DNA of 59,864 bases, counting the filler. It is 8 parts of 8 records of this genome, joined end to end, with 100 filler letters (N's around TTAATTAATTAA, not from the genome) between each part and the next. Parts side by side here need not be neighbours in the genome. Positions count along the whole stretch, not along the records: positions 48,700 to 54,518 come from SRR31156797_10807; positions 54,619 to 59,864 come from SRR31156797_10814; 6 more parts are not named here. The stretch is one strand, 5' to 3'. Below the pieces are notes generated by a model that worked only from the letters and a program-made list of their open reading frames with translations, made no database searches and had not been told where the DNA came from. Below, piece after piece: positions 51,337-59,802 of this stretch. Position 1 is the first letter of the stretch. Each line of letters begins with the position of its first letter. Made by a program: the position numbers and the translations under genes.

Positions 51337-51358
51337 AGGGGACATAAAAATGTCCCCT
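51337..51358 (-). terminator. Hairpin between structural and modification genes
   Basis: AGGGGACA-N6-TGTCCCCT followed by an interrupted T tract (TTAACTTTT) on the minus strand. Confidence 0.65.
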
Positions 51359-51362
51359 GTAT

Positions 51363-51785
51363 TTATTGCAGTCGATATTTAATACAAATCTGTCCACCAA
51401 CAAGAGCGGTGACAGTTGCGGCAGTTGTATTAGCCACGTGATAAATGTAAAGAGCATCATCTTCATCAACGCTAGCATTTGCGGTGGCTACGGTGAAATC
51501 TACAGGGACGTAGCTTGCTTTTGTTGCATTAAGCGCAAGAGTAGCTACGGCTGTGGTTCCACTGGCGTCTGCTCCACCATCTCTAAGCGTTAATGTGCGA
51601 TAAGAAGTTGCTCCACCGGCCCCATCTGCCGCTGTTGGTGTATAGCTTACCTCGGTTACAACTATATCAGCCGGGGCATTAAAGACAAATGCCTTTGTAC
51701 TGCCAGCGTTGGTGGCGGCACTGGCTATGTCAATGAATTTCTCGAAACTATGTTCGGGAATGTCTCCCTGATAAGTCTTTGCCAT
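51363..51785 (-). CDS. Putative capsid decoration/cement protein
   Basis: 140 aa, Ala/Thr-rich, beta-strand-like pattern; directly after the capsid gene; AGGAG SD. Confidence 0.6.
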   Translation of the reverse strand: MAKTYQGDIPEHSFEKFIDIASAATNAGSTKAFVFNAPADIVVTEVSYTPTAADGAGGATSYRTLTLRDGGADASGTTAVATLALNATKASYVPVDFTVATANASVDEDDALYIYHVANTTAATVTALVGGQICIKYRLQ

Positions 51786-51851
51786 TGTTAAAATCTCCTA
51801 TATATATGTGTAGGAATCAGGCCGGAACCCGGTTCCTCAATCAATAACTAA

Positions 51852-54518
51852 TTAAGCAGGTATGGATGCACCAAAGCTTCTGAAATCCATTATGGCATAA
51901 CCATAACAGAACCTGATTTTATACGTGATTTTGTCTGCTGTGAACATCGAGCCTACATTCGGCTGGTCTTGTACAAACAATTCAGGTTCTTGTTTTCCAT
52001 TCATAAAGCCAACTTCAATAGTTGGAGCTTTCTTCGGGTCTGCTACAGCCCACCACGCATCTGCATCGGTCAGGTAATCAACAACGATAGGCTCGATTAG
52101 GCCTTTATACAGATTTGGTTCAGTTCCATGCTGATAATTATTAGAAGCTGTGTCAGCATCTCTAACGGCATTAACCACCTTATCGCCTTGTGCCAACATT
52201 CCAGCCATTTCTTCAAGCTCATTAGGAACAATCAGAATCTTAGGCTTGTTTGCATAGCCAAGTGTATCATATGTGTCGCCGTAAGCAGTTAGTGAACGCA
52301 TGGTATAAACCATTTCAGCCCAAGATGCGGAACGCAAAGCAGATGTTAATTTATTTGCTCGTCCTGTACTGGCTAATGCAGTAGAACCATCCTGTTCCAA
52401 GTTATTTAAGAACATATTAAAAATGTCACGATACAGAGTTATAGAAGCGGCACGTCCTAACTTCACAGGAATTTTTCTTAATGCGCCAATATCGTCATTG
52501 GCAATCATTTCGAGTGTGAAGTTTGCCAATCCACCCTTTTTGGCTGGACTGTAAGTGACTTCTTCGTCTGTCAGGTCTGTTAAATCCTGATATGTTCCTT
52601 GCTCGGATACTGAATTCAAAAGCCCAAAGCCGGACATTCTTTGACGTCTTTGAGTTCTGAAATCATTCAAAGGAACAATGTCAGAAACGACTTTTCGCCA
52701 ATCCTGCCAAGGGTCTGCATTAAAATCTTTAATCATTTTTCGAGTTATGGAATCGCCAAGAATCTCACCCCAGGAACTTGTGGTATGTGATTCTCTCAGT
52801 GCTTCCCGGCGTCCTGCGTTGTAGGATTCTGTAAGCCTGTCTGATGTATCCATCTTAGGCATATAGAAATAAGAATCATTTAAGATAATGTTTGCGTTTG
52901 CGTTAATAGCTCCTGGTCTACCATCTACCTCTGCAAAAGCGGCTTTGATTGATGTGAACATAGGAACGACTTTGCCATCCGCATCTTTCAGGCTTTCGCC
53001 CTCAAACATACCATCAACGGCAAGTTGAACCTTATCACGCTTATCACTACCCATACTCACAAGCTGATTACCTACTTGTGGTGTGGACTCTTGCAATTTA
53101 GACCATGCTTTTTGCTGTGAAGCCAGGTCTTTATTAAGTTCGTCCTCGCTGTAATCCTTACCAGTATATCGTTCTCTGATAGTCTCTTTGACTTCATCCG
53201 GGAGCTTACTTTCAGCAAGCCGGGTGTTCAGTGTTTGGGCTTTTTGACCAACTAGAAAAGACTCTTGCAATTTTGCGAACTGGTCTTGAATGGCCTTCAT
53301 TTCAGCCGATTCTTTGACCGGTGTTTCTGGCTCTTTTTCAACGACTTTCTCAACGACCTTTTCGACCTCTTTTTCTACAACTTCGGGTTTCATGGCCTCT
53401 TTTAAAATAGCCATTGCATCACTTTCAGTAAGTTTTTCAACGTCCTTACCGTCCAGCAATTTTGGCTTATGCTCTTTTATTAGAGCTACGATTTCGGATA
53501 CTTTCATGTCACTTTCTCCTTGATTAACGTTAGTTGATGCGGCTAATCTAATAGCTGTACCACCAGCCGCTCCGTGGCTTACTAAAGTATTTTCGAGTAT
53601 CTCGGAAATACTAGACACGTAATCAACCATCTCACCGTTAATCTCAGTGACATATGTTGCTCCGTTACCGTCTATACTAAAATCTATATTTCGGCCTGCG
53701 TTCCACTTGTCAAGCAAGTTTTCACGCAACGCCTTTTCTCCGTCTGCAATATGAACAAGACCGATTGCGCCTTGTCCTTTGTTCCCGTCCTTATCTGTGA
53801 ACTCTGAAAAAGTTACATCATTCACCCATCCAATCTCGTTTCCTGCGAGTCCTTCCGGTTTCCATTCCTGTAGTTGGGCGGGAACGTGGTCATCTGTGAA
53901 TCCATATTTATACTGAGTGACAGGGGCTTTAACGAATAGTCCAGATTCAACAGCTTCTTTGATTGCTTCTTCACTGTAGTATAATGGGTATCCGTTTGGG
54001 CCTTTATTCTTCGACTTGCCAACTTGAATTAAAACGGCTTCCCATTCCTTACCCTCAACACTCTTTGCCTCTAAAAGCCTACGTGATTCACTGAACTTGT
54101 AGGATTCCTTTTTCTTGGTTACGATTTCTTTAATTTCAATTTCCTCTGGTGTCTCGAATACAAATTCACCAGATTCAATTTTGTATTGTGTTCTGTATTG
54201 CTCGTTAATATCTTTGGTTTGATTCCATGTTTCAAAATAAACATAATTATCTTTGACGTCTCGAAACCAGGCATCTGTACCAAATTTCAATTTAAGAGCT
54301 TCACCAATCTTATCTTGAAAGTCACGCATTCCACCGTCTAGTGCTTCTTTAATTTTTACCACGCCATTAGCTTTGGCAAATGCGGCGCTCTCTGCATCCT
54401 CTTTGGATTTCTTGTCCTTAATCGCCTTAGCATAGGCAGAATTAAAGACAGCTATCCACTGCTCTTGTTTTTTCTTGTCCAGTTTTTTAATGTTATCTGG
54501 TAAATTGTCTTTCGTATA
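51852..54518 (-). CDS. Phage head polyprotein: ChaB-like domain, prohead protease, scaffold and Mu gpT-like major capsid protein (5'-truncated)
   Basis: The frame is open 52 codons beyond the ORF-track start (YTKDNLPDNIKKL..QEQWIAVFNSAY..AESAAFAKANGVVK). DHVP, DFSIDG and LVSHGAAGG are protease-like. The C-terminus (NDDIGAL, LIVPNELE, P.IEVGF.NG..EP, YKIR..YG..I.DFR) is gpT-like. Confidence 0.88.
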   Translation of the reverse strand, partial: YTKDNLPDNIKKLDKKKQEQWIAVFNSAYAKAIKDKKSKEDAESAAFAKANGVVKIKEALDGGMRDFQDKIGEALKLKFGTDAWFRDVKDNYVYFETWNQTKDINEQYRTQYKIESGEFVFETPEEIEIKEIVTKKKESYKFSESRRLLEAKSVEGKEWEAVLIQVGKSKNKGPNGYPLYYSEEAIKEAVESGLFVKAPVTQYKYGFTDDHVPAQLQEWKPEGLAGNEIGWVNDVTFSEFTDKDGNKGQGAIGLVHIADGEKALRENLLDKWNAGRNIDFSIDGNGATYVTEINGEMVDYVSSISEILENTLVSHGAAGGTAIRLAASTNVNQGESDMKVSEIVALIKEHKPKLLDGKDVEKLTESDAMAILKEAMKPEVVEKEVEKVVEKVVEKEPETPVKESAEMKAIQDQFAKLQESFLVGQKAQTLNTRLAESKLPDEVKETIRERYTGKDYSEDELNKDLASQQKAWSKLQESTPQVGNQLVSMGSDKRDKVQLAVDGMFEGESLKDADGKVVPMFTSIKAAFAEVDGRPGAINANANIILNDSYFYMPKMDTSDRLTESYNAGRREALRESHTTSSWGEILGDSITRKMIKDFNADPWQDWRKVVSDIVPLNDFRTQRRQRMSGFGLLNSVSEQGTYQDLTDLTDEEVTYSPAKKGGLANFTLEMIANDDIGALRKIPVKLGRAASITLYRDIFNMFLNNLEQDGSTALASTGRANKLTSALRSASWAEMVYTMRSLTAYGDTYDTLGYANKPKILIVPNELEEMAGMLAQGDKVVNAVRDADTASNNYQHGTEPNLYKGLIEPIVVDYLTDADAWWAVADPKKAPTIEVGFMNGKQEPELFVQDQPNVGSMFTADKITYKIRFCYGYAIMDFRSFGASIPA

Positions 54519-54618
54519 NNNNNNNNNNNNNNNNNNNNNNNNNNNNNNNNNNNNNNNNNNNNTTAATTAATTAANNNNNNNNNNNNNNNNNNNNNNNNNN
54601 NNNNNNNNNNNNNNNNNN
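54519..54618. other. Artificial contig spacer
   Basis: Same linker. Confidence 0.98.
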
Positions 54619-55016
54619 GAAAAGTAAACAAAAGAATCAAGTCAGCCTGATCCTGTTTGTAATGATAAAGTTACAATTTAGCACGCCTGACGGCAGGCTG
54701 ACAAAACACGCTCTGAATTCTATGCTAATATCGTATAGACACATGCAGAAAGTGGAAATTGGTTTAGATATTTTTTTCAGTTGGGTAATTGGTAGAAGAT
54801 ACTTAATCTAAACAGGCTACTTTAATGGGAATGTTGTTGGTTTCAAACGAGATTGTTTCTTAAGAACCAAAAATGGAGTCGGGTTTATTCACCAGGCTTA
54901 TGAACTCGCGAAAAGCTCGTTTGGGCGAAGCGCCAAATTCTTAGATAAATATTAATTTGTAGTCACTACTTATTTTAATTAAGAATTGCCTGTGCAATAA
55001 AATTGAAACATCAATT

Positions 55017-55562
55017 ATGAAATTAAACATTACACTAATTGCTTTTTTGTTGGTATGCTCTTTATCTGTAAAAGCACAGTCTACAAAAGAAGAATATAGA
55101 ATTATTAGCATAGAAGATTTAATTGCACAGGCGGATAGTCTGGATGGTGAGAAGGTAGAAATAGTAGGTTTGGTTGCACACCTGTGTGGGGTTGATGGGA
55201 AGAAAATGAAATTAAAATCTCCAGGGGGCGCTCTTGTGAAGATTGTTCCAAAATCTGAGAAGGAAGCATTTGATTCATCGCTTAAAAAGCAAGTGGTTTG
55301 TGTAAAAGGAGAGGTTGAATTTACTCGAATTGAGAAGGCATATGTGGATAAAATGGAAAAGGAAGGAACCTTACTTTGCCACATCGATCATAGCGCATGT
55401 AAAGACAAGCCTTGGGTAAACAATAAAATTGAAACAGGTGCTGATGTTGAAATCGTAAAAAAATACATTGCTAAATTGAGAAAGATGATGGCTGTAAGTG
55501 GAAAAGACTACATCAACAGTGTATGCATTTGTGCCGATAAAGTAGAGCCCTTGAATCCATAA
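55017..55562 (+). CDS. Secreted hypothetical protein (possible OB-fold)
   Basis: Signal peptide (SVKAQ) and G.VAHLC...GKK pattern. Confidence 0.65.
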   Translation: MKLNITLIAFLLVCSLSVKAQSTKEEYRIISIEDLIAQADSLDGEKVEIVGLVAHLCGVDGKKMKLKSPGGALVKIVPKSEKEAFDSSLKKQVVCVKGEVEFTRIEKAYVDKMEKEGTLLCHIDHSACKDKPWVNNKIETGADVEIVKKYIAKLRKMMAVSGKDYINSVCICADKVEPLNP

Positions 55563-55699
55563 ACCCACAAATTAAATGCAAAGGTTTTCGTTTCTATCCC
55601 TTTAAAAACAGCAAGTTTACTCGCCATAAGATTCATGATTATTCAGTACCTTTGGCTTTTGGAGGAATTCCATAAGTTTGAATCTTAAATTAGTAGCGA

Positions 55700-57163
55700 A
55701 TGATAGAAGAAATTGTAACAGTTCACGATAAGTTTTCGGTAGAGATTAAGATGGGCTATGAAGCTCATAAAGACAGAAAGGTGAATGAGTTTTCGGTAAA
55801 AACCTGGTTATTTATACCAAGTAAACTGGATATTAATTCATCAACTTATAAGAAAGAGGACTTTTACAATGATTTCAATTCCAACATTCGACTGATCACT
55901 CCACCTTATGCCTTGAGGGAAATTGCCCAGGGGAAACAATCTGTTTTTTCTTATCTGGAGGATGCATTTAGGAAGGTTTCCAATTATCCATCGCTGAAGA
56001 ATGAAGCCAATTACGAGTATCATATTCGCATGTTTCATTCCATTCTAAAATCGGCATTGCGTAAGGAAATTCAACATATACTTAGGAATGAAAAGGCGGA
56101 TGACCGACGTTTTCTGATTGAGGAGTATCTTGATAATGTAAAGAGAATTACGGAACATTATCGCGATTTGCGACGAATTGTGAACGTTCCCACCATGCGA
56201 AAGGAGATGTTCGATTATTTCTTATTCGGGGATGAGTTCATGAGCAATCAGTTGGAGCAACATACTCACTACCTGCATCGGGGCTTACGAAAAATGCATG
56301 CATCCGATTTCGAGCAATATAAGGATGATATCATAAAGCTGATAAAAGATGAGCTTGTTTACAAGCGATCTCAGGGATATTTGGTAGTTGAGAAAGAATC
56401 ATCGGATAAGAATAGATGGTTGGTACATCGCCGGGGCGTTTTCAATAAGTATTTCGAAGGTCAGTTGTTACTTTCATCGCGAACCAAGAAAGAAGGTGTT
56501 TTTATGATGCAGTTGCTTTACAGTGTGGCTGCAGGATTGGCGATGATTATTGGTGCTGCTCTTACCTTTATTTTCCAAAAGAGTTTGGGCGCATTCACCA
56601 TTCCTTTATATGTTGCGTTGGTAATTATTTACATGCTAAAGGATAGGATAAAGGATTTGAGTCGTCATTATCTGGTGGGAAAAATTAACAAACGTTTTTT
56701 CGATCATAAAACAGTAATTCGGGTAAAAGGCGATGAGAAAATTGGCTGGTGTAAAGAGAGTTTCGATTTTGTATCGGAAGATTCTGTGCCTTTGCGTGTG
56801 AGAAAACACCGCAACCGATCTCGTATTATTGATATTGAAAGTCGTGGTGTGGGCGAGAAGATCATCTTCTATCGCAAATTGCTTCGATTAGATCAAAAAG
56901 CTTTGGACAATTCTTATGGCAATTACAATATCACAGGAGTGGCAGATATCATTCGCTTTAATGTTTCTCGTTTTATTCAGAAGATGGATAACCCAGAGAA
57001 GCCGCTCTACTATTTGAACGAAGATAGCTTTGAAAAACTATCAGGCGAAAAGGTGTACTTTATGAATATGGTTCTCCGCTTCAAACTCGATGATGAAACA
57101 AGTTATCGTCGTTATCGCATCATCTTCAACCGTCGTGGAATTAAGAAGGTCGAAAAAGTGTAG
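55700..57163 (+). CDS. Hypothetical membrane protein with two central TM helices
   Basis: 487-aa ORF with a hydrophobic hairpin followed by YMLKDRIKD. Confidence 0.75.
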   Translation: MIEEIVTVHDKFSVEIKMGYEAHKDRKVNEFSVKTWLFIPSKLDINSSTYKKEDFYNDFNSNIRLITPPYALREIAQGKQSVFSYLEDAFRKVSNYPSLKNEANYEYHIRMFHSILKSALRKEIQHILRNEKADDRRFLIEEYLDNVKRITEHYRDLRRIVNVPTMRKEMFDYFLFGDEFMSNQLEQHTHYLHRGLRKMHASDFEQYKDDIIKLIKDELVYKRSQGYLVVEKESSDKNRWLVHRRGVFNKYFEGQLLLSSRTKKEGVFMMQLLYSVAAGLAMIIGAALTFIFQKSLGAFTIPLYVALVIIYMLKDRIKDLSRHYLVGKINKRFFDHKTVIRVKGDEKIGWCKESFDFVSEDSVPLRVRKHRNRSRIIDIESRGVGEKIIFYRKLLRLDQKALDNSYGNYNITGVADIIRFNVSRFIQKMDNPEKPLYYLNEDSFEKLSGEKVYFMNMVLRFKLDDETSYRRYRIIFNRRGIKKVEKV

Positions 57164-57246
57164 CTGCAATTAGTATTTAAGTTTATAATTCTATTTTAAA
57201 TAGTAGTTCAATAGGGTTTCCTTCATGTAAATTTTAATCCATATAA

Positions 57247-57366
57247 TGTTCTGAAAACGAACAATCATTGTGCGTAATCGATCACATTTAATTACTTCGG
57301 GATTAAGTTTAATTAGGTTAAGTGTCTGCTTACTAATAATAAATCTTAGGTGGTATGGCATTTGTT
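57247..57366 (+). promoter_or_regulatory. Putative sigma54 promoter with two upstream TGT-N11/12-ACA sites
   Basis: TGTTCTGAAAACGAACA (57247-57263), TGTGCGTAATCGATCACA (57269-57286) and TGGTATGGCATTTGTT (57351-57366; GG-N10-GT). Confidence 0.5.
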
Positions 57367-57396
57367 AAATAAGGCGAAAACAACCCAAACTTAAAA

Positions 57397-59802
57397 ATGA
57401 TACGAAACTATTTCCGAATTGCTTATCGCAATCTGATGAAGAACCGTGTATTTACTTTGATAAATATTCTCGGATTAGCCATTGGTATAACAGCATGCCT
57501 GTTTATCTCCATGTATGTCAACTATCAAAAAAGCTACGACAGTTTTTACAAGGATAGCAATACCATTTATCGCGTGCGTTGGGAAAGGCATTCCGAAAAA
57601 GGAGACGAGATCCGCTTTGCTTCCGCATGTCCGGCAGTAGGCGATGCATTAATAGAATCTTTTCCTGAAATTGAGGCATGTGCTCATGCCTATAATGCAA
57701 CGGGTATTTATTCCTATAAAGAACAAGTGTTTCAGGAAGAAAAGGCTTTTTGGGCAGATAATGAGTATTTAAATATGTTTTCTTTCGATTTTGTGAAAGG
57801 AAATTCGGATCAGGCTCTGCTTGCAGAAAATTCTGTGGTTATTTCAGAATCAGTGGCGAAAAAGTACTTTAAGGATGAGGATCCTATGGGGAAATTCCTG
57901 AGCATGAATAAGGAGTTAAAATTGGAAGTAAAAGGTGTGTTTAAAGATCGCCCAAAGAATGTTCATTGCTCAACAGATATCTTAATTTCATATTCAACTT
58001 TAGCCAAACTTTATGGTCCACAAGTCATGAAATCGTGGTTGTATAGCGGTTTTTATACTTATGTGCGTTTGAAAGATGGTACGGATCCAAAACAGATTGA
58101 ATCAAAAATACCGGCTTTATTAAAGGATAGAATTGCTGATGTTTTAAAGAAATATCAGTTGGAAATGTTTTTCTACTTGCAGCCGATAGAAGACATACAT
58201 TTGACTTCGCATTACATGCAGGAATTGGAAGCCAATGGAGATATCAAAACGGTTAATTTTCTCGATATAATTGCCTATTTCATCATTCTAATTGCCTGGG
58301 TAAATTTCTTAAATTTATCTACTATATCCTATATCGGAAGAGCAAAAGAGGTTGGATTACGAAAAGTAGTTGGAGCCTCGAGATCAAAGATTGTTTTGCA
58401 ATTTTTAATGGAAGCCATCTTCATTAATTTGTTGGCAGTATGTTTGTCAATGATATTTCTGGAATTGTTCATGCCACTGTTTAAGAGTTTAAGTGGAATA
58501 CCCGAATCATATAAAATTTGGCAGCATGCATGGTTGTATACGAGTTTATTTGGGATGCTATTTATCGGAATTTTCCTGTCGGCGATGTATCCAGTTTGGG
58601 GATTAAGTTTTACCGATATGAATAAAATGCTGAAAGGCGAATACAAGGGAAGTCGATCGGGTTTAATGCTAAGAAAAGGACTGGTGTTATTGCAATTTGT
58701 AATTTCAATTGTTTTGATAGCAGGAACCTTAAGTGTAATGGGGCAATTGAACTTTATGCGCAAAGCAGATCCTGGATTCAATAAGGAGAATGTGATTGTG
58801 TTGGGTACACCTATGGTGGGAGATTCAACTCTTTTATCGAAAAGAGATGCCTTTCGAATGGAATTGATGCGTCAGCCTAATATCAATTCGGTTGCCTATT
58901 CATCTTATGTTCCTGGAGAGGCAATAAAATCGAATTTGGGTAGTATTTACAAGGAGGGAGATGAACCAACTAGTAGCAAGAACTATAGATTAATTCAAGT
59001 AAACGAAGAATTTCTTGATTTGTATGAGATGAAGATGCTTAAAGGAAGAAATTTTTCGAAAGAATTTGTGTCGGATGCTAAGACAGTGGTTATTAATGCT
59101 AAGGCAGCTCATCATTTGGGATTTGATCATCCTGAAGATGCAGTGGGTAAAAATATATTTTTACATAAGGCAAAGAGAAAGGTGATTGGTGTTATTAAAA
59201 ATTATGCTCATCGCTCACCTAAGGAGGAGTTCGAACCTATTATTTTTCATACAAGACCAGGGCTTTTGGGCTATTTGTCCGTAAAATTGAATGGGGGACT
59301 AACAAATGAAACCATAAGAGATATTGAGAAAAGCTATCAGGAAATGTTCGCTGGTAATCCATTCGATTATTATGTGTTAAAAGAAGCATACGAAGCACAA
59401 TATGGCGATGATGAACGTTTTGGGAAAGTATTTGGAATCTTTGCGCTTCTGGGAATTATCATTACTTCATTGGGTTTACTGAGCTTATCGGCATTTAGTG
59501 CCAACCAAAGAAGAAAAGAGATTGGGGTTCGAAAAGTAATGGGAGCAAGTGTACAAGGCTTACTACTCATGTTGTCTAAAGATTATTTAAAATTACTGAT
59601 ATTAGCTACTGTACTTATGTTTCCTCTTTTTTATTATGCATTGGATACTTGGTTGGAGAGTTTTGCATATAAAATGGAAATATCCCTTTATCTATTTGTG
59701 GTTCCTGTTTTTCTTGTCGGTTTTATTGCACTGCTAACGATTAGTTATCAATCATACAAAACTGCAAATTTAAATCCAGTAAAATCAATAAAGTACGAGT
59801 AA
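57397..59802 (+). CDS. Duplicated MacB/FtsX ABC transporter permease
   Basis: NILGLAIG, RAKEVGLRKVVGA and RRKEIGVRKVMGA; two periplasmic domains. Confidence 0.95.
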   Translation: MIRNYFRIAYRNLMKNRVFTLINILGLAIGITACLFISMYVNYQKSYDSFYKDSNTIYRVRWERHSEKGDEIRFASACPAVGDALIESFPEIEACAHAYNATGIYSYKEQVFQEEKAFWADNEYLNMFSFDFVKGNSDQALLAENSVVISESVAKKYFKDEDPMGKFLSMNKELKLEVKGVFKDRPKNVHCSTDILISYSTLAKLYGPQVMKSWLYSGFYTYVRLKDGTDPKQIESKIPALLKDRIADVLKKYQLEMFFYLQPIEDIHLTSHYMQELEANGDIKTVNFLDIIAYFIILIAWVNFLNLSTISYIGRAKEVGLRKVVGASRSKIVLQFLMEAIFINLLAVCLSMIFLELFMPLFKSLSGIPESYKIWQHAWLYTSLFGMLFIGIFLSAMYPVWGLSFTDMNKMLKGEYKGSRSGLMLRKGLVLLQFVISIVLIAGTLSVMGQLNFMRKADPGFNKENVIVLGTPMVGDSTLLSKRDAFRMELMRQPNINSVAYSSYVPGEAIKSNLGSIYKEGDEPTSSKNYRLIQVNEEFLDLYEMKMLKGRNFSKEFVSDAKTVVINAKAAHHLGFDHPEDAVGKNIFLHKAKRKVIGVIKNYAHRSPKEEFEPIIFHTRPGLLGYLSVKLNGGLTNETIRDIEKSYQEMFAGNPFDYYVLKEAYEAQYGDDERFGKVFGIFALLGIIITSLGLLSLSAFSANQRRKEIGVRKVMGASVQGLLLMLSKDYLKLLILATVLMFPLFYYALDTWLESFAYKMEISLYLFVVPVFLVGFIALLTISYQSYKTANLNPVKSIKYE

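Larger units (their letters stand above)
48700..54518 (-). mobile_element. Tailed phage/prophage head module with glycan-modification genes
   Basis: Co-oriented protease-capsid gene, decoration-like gene and GT/MTase/nucleotidyltransferase genes; no host housekeeping genes. Confidence 0.88.

Noticed and set aside
53320-53390. Short tandem repeats encoding EVVEKEVEKVVEKVVEKE
   Set aside because: Low-complexity scaffold linker within a coding frame, not a CRISPR array or DGR repeat.
40610-54518. Phage as a prophage of the Arcobacter-like host, or a link between the two selenoproteins
   Set aside because: They lie on different contigs separated by artificial spacers and differ in composition.
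54641-54702. 9-bp inverted repeat with a GCCTGACGGCAGGC REP-like core
   Set aside because: Single degenerate copy at a contig edge; too little to call a REP or IS end.
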